Below are positions 10,713 through 21,381 of a DNA stretch of 64,000 bases, piece by piece. Source of the DNA: an uncultured Armatimonadia bacterium (GTDB lineage Bacteria; Armatimonadota; Zipacnadia; CAVVLO01); assembly GCA_963749155.1 (NCBI GenBank), contig CAVVLO010000003.1, positions 515,352 through 579,351 of the forward strand. Reading direction: 5' to 3'. The number at the start of each line of letters is the position of its first letter. The first letter of the stretch is position 1. The translations under genes and the position numbers were made by a program. The notes beneath the pieces are model-generated. The model saw only the letters and a program-made list of their open reading frames with translations, was not told where the DNA came from and did not search any database.

Positions 10713-13220
10713 TTGAAATCCGCCTTGTTGCTTTTTATGCTCCTACTGGCTGGCACAAGCGCCTATGCTTTACAACTGGCCTGGTTGATTGATCCTCTGG
10801 AAGGTCCGCCGAGAGTTGATTGGCAGCCTTCGATAACCGCCCTTCAAGCAGCAGGCTCGGAAGTCCAAACGCTGGACTATCAGGCCGTGGCTGCAGGGGC
10901 CCTGGCCCAGAGGGACTTTGATGCGCTGGTGCTGCCGAACGCCTCCTTGCTTCCCCCTGAGTGCGCGGCGCCACTTGAGGCCTTCCTCAAAGCCGGCGGC
11001 GACCTCGTGACCCTGCAGGGCCTTCCTTTTCAGGAGGCGCTGCTGAAGGAGGGCGATGGCTGGATAGCAGCCAACCATGTCTTCCTCGAAGGGCAGTGGT
11101 TGCCCAGGGAAGAGGCCCGCAGGAAGGCTTTGGCGGAGGTACGTCCAGTTCACTTGCTGCTCGATTTCGAGACGGAAGACCTCTCCCTCTGGCAACGCAA
11201 CTCCAACCGGATGGACCAGCCAAGCAGCTTGAGCCTTGTGGAAGTAGAAGAAGGCCAGGCCTTGCGCCTCTCCATCAAGGGCCTGACCGGCTGGGATACT
11301 CAGGCCCGCGCGCTGCCCGGGCCCATCGCTGAGGGAGACAATTGTCTCGTCTTCCGGGCTCGCAGTGATGCTCCTCAGACGCCGGCCCTGGTCGTCGAAC
11401 TGGATGAGGAGGATGGCACGCGCTGGATTGGCAAAGTGGCTCTCACCTCCGATTGGCGCTGGTATGCGCTGGTGGCCGAGGATTTCGCCTGCTGGGGCGG
11501 CTCTGGGCGAGACGCCCGAGGCGATCAACTGACCTTCCAGCGCGCAACGCGCCTGTCGCTAGGGCTTGCTTTCGGCATCAGCGTGCAGCCCGAAGGCGAC
11601 CACGCCTTGCTTGTAGATGACCTTGGCACTGCTCCGGTTGAGCTTTACGAGGCAAAAGTGTCCAGACTGGACTTTGGACTCAAAGACCTTTCAGATGCCC
11701 TTCCTCTGCCTTTGACTGGCTTAACAGCGCCAATAACAGCGGACCTTTTGCCTCTTTTGTGGCCCTCCAGCGTCCCTCTTGAAGGCGAAGAGCTGCTGCC
11801 CTTTCCGCGTCCCGAGCAAGAGGCCTGGCTGCCTCTGCTCGAAGCCTCTGACTCCCAGGGCAGGCCTCGGTGCCTGGCAGGCGCGCTAGTTCATTTCGCA
11901 GGGCCTTATGAAGGCTCCCAGTGGCTTGCTTGGGCGGTGACAGAGCCCGCCTACTATCAGTCGGAAGAGTTCCGCCAGGGCCTTCCCCAGGCCCTGACCT
12001 GGCTTGCCTCGGAAGCGACCTTGCAAAAGGCTGAGGCAAAGGCCCAAGAAGAGCTTGCAGACCGCCAGACTGTAGGAGGCTGCAATTTCCTCATCGGCAC
12101 GCAGAACTTCGGCCCGCGCTATCACTTCACCGAAGACAGCCTGCTGGTCGAATCCGCTCTCGAGATGACCGCTTTGGGCGCCACCAGCTTCAAGGGAGAA
12201 CTCAGCCGGCGCGTCTTCGCGACCAATACGCGCGAGCAACCGGTCTACGACCTGGTCGCTTCGCCCGCTGTCACGACGCTGGTCGAGCTTGCTCAGCAGC
12301 CCGATTACAGGCGCCTCTTCGCTCTGCCAATCCGTCAGTATGTCTTTTGGACTTATCCTCTCGGCGGCGCAAGCTACGTGCCGGACGAGGACGACTCGCC
12401 TCATTACGGCTTCTGCAAGCCGATGACGGCGCGCCAGCGTGAAAACGAATACCGCGAGTTCTATGACCTGACCGCCTGGCTGCTTGCGACCTACTCAGGC
12501 ACAGGCAAGCAGTTCTTCCTGGGCAACTGGGAGGGCGATGGGATGCTCGCTATCGCCTCGGCTGGATGGGGTACCAACCCCTCTGAGGAAGCCGTGCAGG
12601 CGATGATCGACCGGCTGCGAGTGCGCCAGCAAGCCGTGAGCGAGGCCAGAGCCGCAACGCCCCATCACGAGGTTGAGGTCTACCACTACCTCGAGTGCAA
12701 CAACGTGACGCGCCCGATGCGCGGCGAGGCGATGCGCACGGTCGTTGCCGATGTGCTGCCCTTCGTGGACGTGGACTATGTGTCTTATTCCAGCTACGAG
12801 GCGACCGTAAAAGTCGGTACGACCGAGCTTGCCTCCGACTACCAGCGTCATCTGGATTTCATCCTCACCAAAGCGCCGGCGGCGGTCTCAGAGGAGAAGC
12901 GCCTTCTCATCGGTGAGTTCGGCTGGCCGGCCTCGACCGCTACGCCCCTGCAGCAGAAGGAACGCACTCGCCAGGTGTTGCTCGCCGCACTAAGATGGGG
13001 CAGCCCGCTCGCCCTTTACTGGCAGCTCTACGACAACGAGGGCACTGGTTACTGGATGATCGACGACCAGGGCGTGCGCCAGCCCGTGCATACTCTCTAT
13101 CAGCGCTGCTTTGAAGGCGCGCGGCGCTGGGCAGTGGATTTCCAGGCGGAAGAAGGCCGACTTCCAACTACTGAAGAACTGCGACCTGTGGTCACCAAGT
13201 TGCTAGAAGAAGCACCCTAA
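10713..13220 (+). CDS. Large secreted protein: CBM-like galactose-binding domain plus C-terminal TIM-barrel GH-like domain
   Basis: Signal peptide, LLLDFE...LRLSI...VELDEEDGTRW (CBM-like), and a C-terminal region with GNWEGD, VDYVSYSSY, IGEFGWP and LYWQLYDNE. Confidence 0.6.
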   Translation: MKSALLLFMLLLAGTSAYALQLAWLIDPLEGPPRVDWQPSITALQAAGSEVQTLDYQAVAAGALAQRDFDALVLPNASLLPPECAAPLEAFLKAGGDLVTLQGLPFQEALLKEGDGWIAANHVFLEGQWLPREEARRKALAEVRPVHLLLDFETEDLSLWQRNSNRMDQPSSLSLVEVEEGQALRLSIKGLTGWDTQARALPGPIAEGDNCLVFRARSDAPQTPALVVELDEEDGTRWIGKVALTSDWRWYALVAEDFACWGGSGRDARGDQLTFQRATRLSLGLAFGISVQPEGDHALLVDDLGTAPVELYEAKVSRLDFGLKDLSDALPLPLTGLTAPITADLLPLLWPSSVPLEGEELLPFPRPEQEAWLPLLEASDSQGRPRCLAGALVHFAGPYEGSQWLAWAVTEPAYYQSEEFRQGLPQALTWLASEATLQKAEAKAQEELADRQTVGGCNFLIGTQNFGPRYHFTEDSLLVESALEMTALGATSFKGELSRRVFATNTREQPVYDLVASPAVTTLVELAQQPDYRRLFALPIRQYVFWTYPLGGASYVPDEDDSPHYGFCKPMTARQRENEYREFYDLTAWLLATYSGTGKQFFLGNWEGDGMLAIASAGWGTNPSEEAVQAMIDRLRVRQQAVSEARAATPHHEVEVYHYLECNNVTRPMRGEAMRTVVADVLPFVDVDYVSYSSYEATVKVGTTELASDYQRHLDFILTKAPAAVSEEKRLLIGEFGWPASTATPLQQKERTRQVLLAALRWGSPLALYWQLYDNEGTGYWMIDDQGVRQPVHTLYQRCFEGARRWAVDFQAEEGRLPTTEELRPVVTKLLEEAP

Positions 13221-13230
13221 GGAGGCTCTC

Positions 13231-16186
13231 TTGAGAAAACTCGCTTGCCTGGTATTGTTGTTGCTGGCGCTGCTGCAGGCGTTTGCTTGCGCAGCAGAGG
13301 TGACCCTTTCCGACAACGGTAATGCAACCTTCCAATGGGAGGGCTGGCGGAGTGCAACGCGAGAGATAACGCTGGAGGCCACCCTCCCTGGGATGCCTTT
13401 GATTGATCCGCCCGAATCGCACCCCTTGCCTGGCGGCGGCCTCGAACGCATCGCTCGGTATGGCGAGGAGAAGCAAGGCGCGCTCGTAACTGAACGCCTG
13501 CTGCCTTCCGCGAGCGGCCTTGATTGGGAAGTCACCTTCGAGCCGCAGGGCATCACCTGGAGCGGCCCCATGGCCCTGACCCTCCGAGCGCCGTCCGAAG
13601 GCCTTTCCCCAGTGGTGGACAGCCTGGGGCACGCCTGACCTCGCGCTCGAGAACCAGTGGCAGGACCCGCTGGCCACACGACCGAGGGAGGACCGGACCC
13701 TCATCTACGGCGGCGCCAGCGTTGTCAGTAGCGATGCCTTCAGCCTGCCTTTCGTCTGTCTCCTCGCGCCCTCGGAAGGTCTTGGGCTCTCCCTCTTGCA
13801 AGCGCCCTCTGACCTCTTGCGCGATATGAAACTCGTCTCGACGGCCGAAACCGTCACTTTCGTCCACGAGCGTCATCGGCTGGAGCAAGGCAAACCCCTT
13901 ACTTTCCACCTGCGCCTCATCGCTCACGAGGCCGACTGGCGCGCCGGCGCCCGCGAGCTTGTTACGCGCTACCCAGAGTACTTCGAGCCTGAGGCGCAGG
14001 ATGTGGACGACCTGGTGGGGCTTGGCGCCTATTCCAGCGAGGAAGGCCCGCTCGAAGCCTACAAGCTGCACCTGATGGGCTTCCGCACCAACTGGAAAGC
14101 CTCTTTCGACTTCCCCTATATGGGGATGTTTCTGCCGCCACTGCCACCAGATGAGCAATGGGATTCTTTCAACCATCGCCGCCCTTCGATCGCCTCGATG
14201 GAAGCCTATAGTAAAGCGATGCGGACGCAAGGCTTCCGCGTGCTCAACTACTTCAACGTGAACGAGTTCGGCACTGGCATCAAGTGGCCGCCGCCGGCCT
14301 CCGAGACCCCTCCGGACGCCCTTTGGAGCGACGCCAACGCCTTCCTCTACGGCCCCTTGAACGAGGCCTGGCTGCGCGATGCGGAAGGCAAGCCTGTCTT
14401 CTCCTGGGAGTGGTCGGTCGGAATGGATCCAGGCGAGCCAGCCTATCAGGCCTTCCTGCTAGAGCAAGCCAGGCGCCATCTGCGTTATCTGCCCTCCTCT
14501 TCAGGCTTCTGCATCGACAGGCTGGACTGGACGCGCTGGTACAACAAGCGCGGCGATGATGGCGCAAGCTGGGTAGAGGGCGTCCCCGCGCGGTCGCTCA
14601 TCGCCTCCTGGCACGAGGTCATCGGCAAGCTGGCGCCGCTTGTGCATGCCAAGGGCAAGGCAATCTTCGTGAATCCCCTCAACCGCCGCGTTGACCTGAT
14701 GAACCACGTAGATGGCTTTTACGATGAGATCGCCGACAGGCCCGAATGCCTGAACTCGGATGCCTTCCTGGGTCTCCTTAAGCCCTCTATTGCCTGGGTC
14801 GGCAACGCTTCGGTACTCGGTCCCAAGCCCGAGATCGGCTTGCAGCCTTTCCTTTATATGGGAGTCCAGCCGACCGCCCCTGTGCCTGGCAACGACCATA
14901 CCATCCGCCCGGATGCAGAGACCGAGCCCTTTTATCTCACTTACGGACCGCTCTTCCGAGAGCTGCGCGGCCGTCACTGGGTGCTCTCCCCTCTGGTTGT
15001 AGAAGCCGAGAACGGCGTTTTGGCCAACGTTTTCGAGGTGCCAGGCGGCTATGTCGTGCCTCTCGTGCTGGGCGGAGAGGCGAAGACGGCCACCGTCCAC
15101 CTGCGTCGGCTCGATTTTCCCTGCCCTTTGGAAGCCCTGCGGGTAGATGCCCTGCTCCCAGGCCAGACGGCTCAGCCGGTCCAGATGAAGCGCAATGGCG
15201 CAGGGCTTACTCTCGAAACCCCTCTTGGGGCGGGCTGTGCTCTTATACGCCTCTCCTGGCTCTGGGTCGACGACGCCGGGCCGGCCTTCACGAGGTCGCA
15301 GGCTGTGACTCTCCACTGCGCCCTGCCTGGCGCCGATATTCGTTACACCACCGACGGCAGCCAACCGAAGCCAGACTCGCCTGTCTACACCAGGCCTGTC
15401 GTGCTTAAGCAGACAACCGACCTACGCTTCGCGGCCTTCGTGGCGGGCAAGCAAGTTGGGCGAACGCTGCTGCGTTCCTACACGCGCTCTGAGCCGCCTG
15501 CTCCCATCACCCCAGTGCGCGAGTGCACTTTCGAGGACACCCTCACCGTGGAGCTGGAACGACCTGACTATTTCGCTGGCGGTGTGCTGCGCTACACCCT
15601 CGACGGCAGCGAAGTAACTGCTACCTCGCCCGAATGGAGCAATCCAGTCACTCTCACCGACACCACCACTTTGCGCGCGCGGCTCTTCCTGGACGGGGAG
15701 GCGAGTCAGGAGCTACTAGCGACCTACTCCAAGTGGCCGCCGGTGCCACCAGTTGCTGACATATTCTGTTCTGACTTGCCCTGGGTCAGCGCGACGACAG
15801 CCTGGGGTGGCTTCGTCAGGCGCGATCTGTCGACCCAGGATCAACCCCTTACCCTCCACGGGCAGGTGTTCGAGAAGGGACTGGGCGGTTCGGCAAGCTC
15901 GGAGATACTCTACGACCTTCAGCCCGAGTGGAAACGCTTCGTTGCGACCGTCGGAGTGGACGATGAGATGAACGACTGGGACCTGCAGAGCATCCAGTTC
16001 AGCGTCTGGGTGGACGGGGAGAAGCTCGCCGAGAGCCCAATCCTTCGCCGGGGTGACCTGTGGCGCTTCAACGTGGTACTGCCTGAGGGAGGCAAGCGGT
16101 TGCGTCTGTTCGCCTGGGATACCGGCGATTCCATCAACTGCGACCACGCCGACTGGGGCGGGGCAGGCTTCCTGTTAAGCGATTAG
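13231..16186 (+). CDS. Secreted multi-domain protein: GH-like barrel, two chitobiase/Fn3-associated domains and an NPCBM/NEW2 domain (frameshifts ~13630-13800)
   Basis: Signal peptide, SSGFCIDRLDW, IRYTTDGSQP and LRYTLDGSEVT, and the C-terminal LTLHGQVFEKGLGG...FVATVGVDD...DHADWGGA. Confidence 0.7.
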
Positions 16187-16205
16187 GAAGTAGATATCCG
16201 CAAAG

Positions 16206-16236
16206 CAAAGACGCCGGCGAGTTGCCGGCGTCTTTT
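16206..16236. terminator. Bidirectional terminator
   Basis: AAAGACGCCGGC-gagtt-GCCGGCGTCTTTT. Confidence 0.75.
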
Positions 16237-16262
16237 GGTAGTATCCGTTACTGAAGGTCCGG

Positions 16263-17195
16263 TTAGATAGGCACGTCCGAGAGCAAAGTGATGCAGTCGA
16301 CAGGCACTGCCGGATCGCTGCCAGCGACTACACCTGTCACCGCGGTATCTGCGCCAGTGACGACCGTGAAGGCGTCGGCAAAGTCCAGGCTGGTCACATT
16401 ATCGAAATCGAGATAGCCCTCCGCGGTAACTTTCAGCCAGTAGTCGCCAGGCGGCACGATAGCGCGGAAGGAGCCATCTTCCTGGTTCAAGCTGCCAGTG
16501 GCGATGGGGTTGGTGCCGCTAGCGGGATACACGGAGACCTGGGCGGTTGGCCAGGCTTCAGCAGGCAGGACGCAACCGGTCAGCGCGCCATAGGTTTCCA
16601 GATAATCGGAGGTACAGGACAGGCGGATGCCACTCGGCTTGATGTTGTATTCACCCGAGGCGCCGCGCTCGACGATAGCCCAATCGGGGTCGAAGTCTAT
16701 GACCAGAGAGGTCATCTCGCCATCTACCACGACGAAAGGCCCAATCAGCTTCATCCCGGCGTTCTGGGCGCTGGGAGTAGTTAGTGGCCAATGGGTGGCG
16801 TCGCCTTCTTCGACGATGTAGTTGACAGGGTCCTGGCCCTCCACATTGGGAGCGAGCACCAGGTGAAGCTGGCAGTATTCGCCTGCGGGGATGGTCGCTT
16901 CGCCCAGCACTTCCTGCTGGAAGGCAAGGTCCATTACATCAACCTGCCGAGGCGTGGCAAAGGAGACGATGAGGGGCAGGCCTGTGTTTTCTTGCTGGTC
17001 TGCCAACTCGTGGGGTACGGCGTAGATTGCAGATATTGCAATAACAATTGATTCATAATCGGCGGTGGGGGCATCAGTGATGGAGACGCGGACGTTGTCA
17101 GTGCTCGTTCCGCCGCCTCCACAACCTGACACCAAGGCGAGGATGACCACCAAAGCAGTCATCAGTAAAAGAACCGTAAGCTTGCGGCTAGCCAT
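16263..17195 (-). CDS. DUF4382-domain lipoprotein with C-terminal carboxypeptidase-regulatory-like domain
   Basis: Lipobox LVSGC-GGGG, VSITDAP, LTTPSAQNAGMKL, LVIDFD and PPGDYWLKVTAEGY. Confidence 0.8.
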   Translation of the reverse strand: MASRKLTVLLLMTALVVILALVSGCGGGGTSTDNVRVSITDAPTADYESIVIAISAIYAVPHELADQQENTGLPLIVSFATPRQVDVMDLAFQQEVLGEATIPAGEYCQLHLVLAPNVEGQDPVNYIVEEGDATHWPLTTPSAQNAGMKLIGPFVVVDGEMTSLVIDFDPDWAIVERGASGEYNIKPSGIRLSCTSDYLETYGALTGCVLPAEAWPTAQVSVYPASGTNPIATGSLNQEDGSFRAIVPPGDYWLKVTAEGYLDFDNVTSLDFADAFTVVTGADTAVTGVVAGSDPAVPVDCITLLSDVPI

Positions 17196-17305
17196 TACGA
17201 ACCTCCCAGTAAAACGTGAATTGAAACAGTTGTACCCTCGGACTCTCATTCTAAACCAATTATAAAAGCAGTCGACGGATTATTGACAATACAGACTTGT
17301 AAATT

Positions 17306-17386
17306 TTTGTAACACGAATTACAAATATTGGAGCAAGCCTTACCACAACCTCCCCGGTTGCCCGTCTTGGCGGCGAGTGATATTCT
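17306..17386 (+). promoter_or_regulatory. Palindromic operator and sigma70-type promoter for iorAB
   Basis: TTTGTAA-N6-TTACAAA at 17306-17325. TTGCCC-N17-TATTCT (with an extended -10 TG) at 17358-17386. Confidence 0.5.
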
Positions 17387-17443
17387 CTGATGTTCACTAC
17401 ACATCAAACAAGACGCAAGCTGAAGTCCTACGAGGAGTTTCCA

Positions 17444-19204
17444 ATGGAACTGCTTTCCGGCAATGAGGCCTTCGCCCGAGGCGCCTTCGAGGCGGGAGTC
17501 CGCCTGGCCTCTGGCTATCCTGGCACCCCCTCGACCGAGATCCTCGAGAATCTTGTCAAGCATAAAGATGAGGTTTATTGCGAATGGGCGCCCAATGAGA
17601 AAGTCGCCTTCGAGGTCGCCGCGGGTGCCTGCCTGACTGGGGCGCGCGCAATCTGCACGATGAAGCATGTCGGCCTCAATGTGGCTGCCGATCCGCTGAT
17701 GACGCTTGCCTACACGGGCACGGTGGGCGGCTTTGTTGCCCTGGTAGCGGACGATCCAGGGATGCATTCTTCCCAAAATGAACAGGACACCCGCCAATAT
17801 GCCCGTTTTGCCAAAGTACCACTCCTGGAGCCTTCCGACTCGCAGGAGGCACTCGATTTTGTAAAGCTGGGGCTGGAGCTATCCGAGGAGTTCTCCACGC
17901 CTGTAATCGTGCGCAGCTCAACGAGAGTAAGCCATTCTCGCAGCCTGGTCGAGACCGGCGAACGCCTCGTGCCCGAGCGTCCCGTTGGCTTCGTGAAAGA
18001 CCCGCCCAGTTTCGTGCCCATCCCGATGTGGGCGCGCGAGATGCGCATAAGGCTCGAAAGCCGGCTCGCTGCGCTTGAAGAAGCGGCCTGCAATTCGCCC
18101 CTTAATCGAATCGAGTGGGCAGGCAAGCGGCTTGGGGTCATCGCCTCGGGTATCGCATATCAGTATGCGAAGGAGGCCTTCCCCAAAGCTTCTTTCCTCA
18201 AGCTGGGCTGGTGCTGGCCCTTCCCCGACAGGTTGTTATTCGATTTCGCAAGTCAGGTAGAGGAAGTGCTGGTCGTCGAAGAGCTGGATGACTTCCTGGA
18301 AGAGCATCTGCGTTCGCTCGGAATCGCCTGTCACGGGAGGGATGTCATCTCGGGCATCGGAGAACTCTCTACCGAGCGCCTGCTGGAGGCCCGCGCAAAG
18401 CTCGAAGGCGGGCAGTTCAGTCTGCCGGCCCCAGTCGCCGAGGCGGCTGACCTGCCGGCGCGCCCGCCGGTGCTGTGTCCCGGCTGCCCGCATCGGCCGG
18501 TCTTCCACGCGCTGGGCAAGCACGAGGTGGTCGTCACCGGTGACATCGGTTGCTACACTTTGGGCGTGCTGCCCCCTCTTTCGCGCCTGGACACCACCTT
18601 GTGCATGGGCGCGGGCATCTCGATGGCCCACGGGATGGACAAAGCAGGCGAGCCGAAGCCCGTCGTGGGCATCGTCGGCGACTCTACCTTCTTCCATTCG
18701 GGCATCACAGGCCTGCTGGACATCGGCTACAACCGCGGCAAGTGTACTATCTTCGTGCTGGATAACCGCACCACCGCAATGACCGGCCATCAGGAGCATC
18801 CTGGCACCGGCCTGACGTTGATGGGAGAGGCGACCAGCACCGCTTCTATCGCGGAGTTCGGGCGCGCCTGCGGCATCAAGCGCGTCATCACCGTAAATCC
18901 TTACAACTTGAAACACCTTACCGAGGTAGTCGCTGAAGAGCTGGCCGCGGATGAGGCAAGTCTTATCATTACCGAGGGCGCCTGTCCCCTGCGAGAACGC
19001 AAGCGCGTGGGCATCCAGCGCTTTATTGACGCCGAGGCCTGCAAGAAATGTGGCGCCTGCCTGCGCATCGGCTGCCCGGCCATCGAATCTACCGAGGCAG
19101 GCGGGGTGCCTTCCATCAACCTGCTGCTTTGCAGCGGATGCGGGCTGTGCGCGCAAGTCTGCAAGTTCGACGCAATCAAGCTGGCAGGTGAACCAGTAGA
19201 ATGA
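17444..19204 (+). CDS. iorA: Indolepyruvate:ferredoxin oxidoreductase alpha subunit
   Basis: LLSGNEA, GYPGTPSTE, KHVGLNVAAD, LCPGCPH, GDIGC, GDSTFFHSG and two C-terminal CxxCxxC ferredoxin motifs. Confidence 0.95.
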   Translation: MELLSGNEAFARGAFEAGVRLASGYPGTPSTEILENLVKHKDEVYCEWAPNEKVAFEVAAGACLTGARAICTMKHVGLNVAADPLMTLAYTGTVGGFVALVADDPGMHSSQNEQDTRQYARFAKVPLLEPSDSQEALDFVKLGLELSEEFSTPVIVRSSTRVSHSRSLVETGERLVPERPVGFVKDPPSFVPIPMWAREMRIRLESRLAALEEAACNSPLNRIEWAGKRLGVIASGIAYQYAKEAFPKASFLKLGWCWPFPDRLLFDFASQVEEVLVVEELDDFLEEHLRSLGIACHGRDVISGIGELSTERLLEARAKLEGGQFSLPAPVAEAADLPARPPVLCPGCPHRPVFHALGKHEVVVTGDIGCYTLGVLPPLSRLDTTLCMGAGISMAHGMDKAGEPKPVVGIVGDSTFFHSGITGLLDIGYNRGKCTIFVLDNRTTAMTGHQEHPGTGLTLMGEATSTASIAEFGRACGIKRVITVNPYNLKHLTEVVAEELAADEASLIITEGACPLRERKRVGIQRFIDAEACKKCGACLRIGCPAIESTEAGGVPSINLLLCSGCGLCAQVCKFDAIKLAGEPVE

Positions 19205-19782
19205 ATACGACCAGCGTAGTGCTCGCCGGGGTCGGCGGGCAAGGCATCTTGCTCGCCAGTGAACTCGTGGCCAAAGCCGCGATGCTCTCGGGCTTCGACG
19301 TGAAAACTAACGAAGTACACGGGATGGCCCAGCGAGGGGGGTCGGTGCTCGCGCAGATACGCTTTGGCGAGAAGGTCCACAGCCCCCTCGTGGCCCTCGG
19401 TCAGGCCGATGTATTCGGCGCGCTCGAGGCCATTGAGGGCCTGCGCTATGCCAACTATCTCAAAAAAGGCGGCCTTGCCGTCTGCAGCACTCAGCGTATC
19501 ATCCCGGTCACCGTCTCCTCCCGGTCGGCCGTTTATCCTGACGATGTTGAAACCCGCCTGGCCGCCGTCTTCCCTCGACTGGTGCTCGTGGACGCCGCCG
19601 ACTTTGCGCTCAAGCTGGGGGATCTGCGCGTCGCCAATCTGGCGGTTATGGGTGCTCTTTCTCAAGGCCTCGACCTTCCCCAGGAGGCCTGGCAGGAAGC
19701 CATCCGAAGCAGCCTCAAAGAAAGCTTCCTTGAGATGAACCTCAAAGCCTTCGAACTCGGCAGGCAGGCGGCGAAAGGCTGA
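19201..19782 (+). CDS. iorB: Indolepyruvate:ferredoxin oxidoreductase beta subunit
   Basis: GVGGQGILLAS and EVHGMAQRGGSV. ATGA overlap with iorA. Confidence 0.95.
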   Translation: MNTTSVVLAGVGGQGILLASELVAKAAMLSGFDVKTNEVHGMAQRGGSVLAQIRFGEKVHSPLVALGQADVFGALEAIEGLRYANYLKKGGLAVCSTQRIIPVTVSSRSAVYPDDVETRLAAVFPRLVLVDAADFALKLGDLRVANLAVMGALSQGLDLPQEAWQEAIRSSLKESFLEMNLKAFELGRQAAKG

Positions 19783-19785
19783 AAG

Positions 19786-19890
19786 GCACAGGGGGATGTT
19801 CCCCCTGTACCCCCCGATTCGCTTCGCGCCGCAGGCCCAGTTTGGGGGTGCAGGGGCAACTCGTGAGCTTTGCTCACGCCGCCCCTGCGC
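19786..19890. repeat. REP-like palindrome cluster 1 (inverted pair of GGGGT(G/A)CAGGGG...CCCCTG elements)
   Basis: CAGGGGG-atgtt-CCCCCTG and GGGGGTGCAGGGGC...GCCCCTGC. The reverse complement of the left part matches 33277-33324, including CTGCGGCGCGAAGCGAA. Confidence 0.7.
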
Positions 19891-19900
19891 TTTTCGGTCC

Positions 19901-20818
19901 TTATCTCTCTTCAAGCCACTCGTGGTAAGGTCTGGTTGTGCCATCGAGCAATACGAAAGGCATATAGCCTTCCCACGGGCGGGTGGCGTTGCAGTCGGTG
20001 CGTTCTCTGGAGCCTGTCACGAACCGCCCACTTACCATCTGCCACGCCTGCCAGCCGATGCCAAAGCGCTCGAGCGTCTCGATAGAATCCTTCGCCAGCA
20101 GTCCGCGCTCATAGTCGTCCAGCGAGCCGACGCAACATTCGGTCGCGATGAGGGGTTTGCCGTATTCCGCAGCGATGGCAAGGTGGGCTTCACACTGGAC
20201 TGTCATCTCACCGAGTTTGCGCGTATAGGGATGGAAGCTGATGACATCTACCAGCGGCGCATAGAGGCGCACGTTATCCGTGAACATCGTCCCGATGGTG
20301 ATTGGCTGGGTCGCGCGCTGACGTAGCTGGTTACTGGCCCAGGCGAGCCAGGCGAACTCCTTCAGATTGACGTCCACAGCCTCCCAGGGGGCCTGCGGCT
20401 CGTTGCACAGGTCCCAGCAGAGGATACGTTCGTCTTTACCAAAGCGGTCTGCCAGTGCTTCCACATAGGGGCGGAAGGCCCGGAAGCCGTAATCGGCCCG
20501 CAGCAGCACTTCGTTCGGCACTCCACCCGCCGGGTAGAGCTGGTCGGTCCAGCGATTGAAGAGGACGGGCATCGCCTTGAGGCCGTTTGCGTCCAGAATG
20601 CAGAGGGCTCGGTCCAGCGCGTCCAGCTTCGCGTCCCCCACTGCAAGGAAGGCGCTCCAGTCGAGCCAGAGCCGGAGGCAGTTGCTCCCAAAGCGCAGCG
20701 CCCAGGGCACCTCCCGCTCCCACACCTCGGGCTGGAAGTGGGTCCAGGTATATTGCAGATGAGCACTGTAGCTGGGCATATAGTTGAAACCGCAGAGCTT
20801 GCTCCAGTCGTGGTCCAT
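19901..20818 (-). CDS. GH-A clan (GH5-like) glycoside hydrolase
   Basis: [21 protein letters not shown] (acid/base), DVISFHPY and KPLIATEC (nucleophile). Confidence 0.8.
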   Translation of the reverse strand: MDHDWSKLCGFNYMPSYSAHLQYTWTHFQPEVWEREVPWALRFGSNCLRLWLDWSAFLAVGDAKLDALDRALCILDANGLKAMPVLFNRWTDQLYPAGGVPNEVLLRADYGFRAFRPYVEALADRFGKDERILCWDLCNEPQAPWEAVDVNLKEFAWLAWASNQLRQRATQPITIGTMFTDNVRLYAPLVDVISFHPYTRKLGEMTVQCEAHLAIAAEYGKPLIATECCVGSLDDYERGLLAKDSIETLERFGIGWQAWQMVSGRFVTGSRERTDCNATRPWEGYMPFVLLDGTTRPYHEWLEER

Positions 20819-20928
20819 CTCATCGCCTCCCAGAGGCTTCGATTCGCCCTCACAGGCCTTTCTCCCTGCAGGAAGAGAGGCAGCTAGTGCGAATACCCTC
20901 CGCGAATCTGTTCCAATTGGAGGCACTT

Positions 20929-21363
20929 ATGCTTAAAGGTATCTCGCCGCTTATCAGTCCCGAGCTGCTGGAGGTGCTGGCGCGGATGGGTCACGGCGAT
21001 TCAATCGTGCTGGCCGATGCGCACTTCCCTGGGGAGTCCGTCTGCAAGCGCGTCGTCCGCGCCGATGGCCTGCGCATACCCGACTTGCTGGACGCCATCC
21101 TGCCCCTGTTCGAGCTGGACAGTTATGTCGAGGCGCCGCTCGTGATGATGGCCCCGGTGCCCGGCGATTCCCTCGATCCGACGGTGGAAGCCTCCTACCG
21201 GGCCGCGGTGGACCGCCATGCGCCCGCTACCGCGCCGATTGCGCGTATCGAGCGGTTCGAGTTCTACGAACGCGCCAAGGCGGCTTTCGCTGTCGTGATG
21301 ACGGGCGAACTGGCCAAGTACGGCAACATCCTGCTAATCAAGGGAGTCACCCCTGTCGAGTGA
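20929..21363 (+). CDS. fucU: L-fucose mutarotase / D-ribose pyranase (RbsD/FucU)
   Basis: [39 protein letters not shown] and [16 protein letters not shown]. Confidence 0.92.
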   Translation: MLKGISPLISPELLEVLARMGHGDSIVLADAHFPGESVCKRVVRADGLRIPDLLDAILPLFELDSYVEAPLVMMAPVPGDSLDPTVEASYRAAVDRHAPATAPIARIERFEFYERAKAAFAVVMTGELAKYGNILLIKGVTPVE

Positions 21364-21381
21364 CCTGAAGGAGGAAGTCCA

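Noticed and set aside
9193-10716. 507-aa plus-strand ORF
   Set aside because: Antisense shadow of the FG-GAP and GH4 genes.
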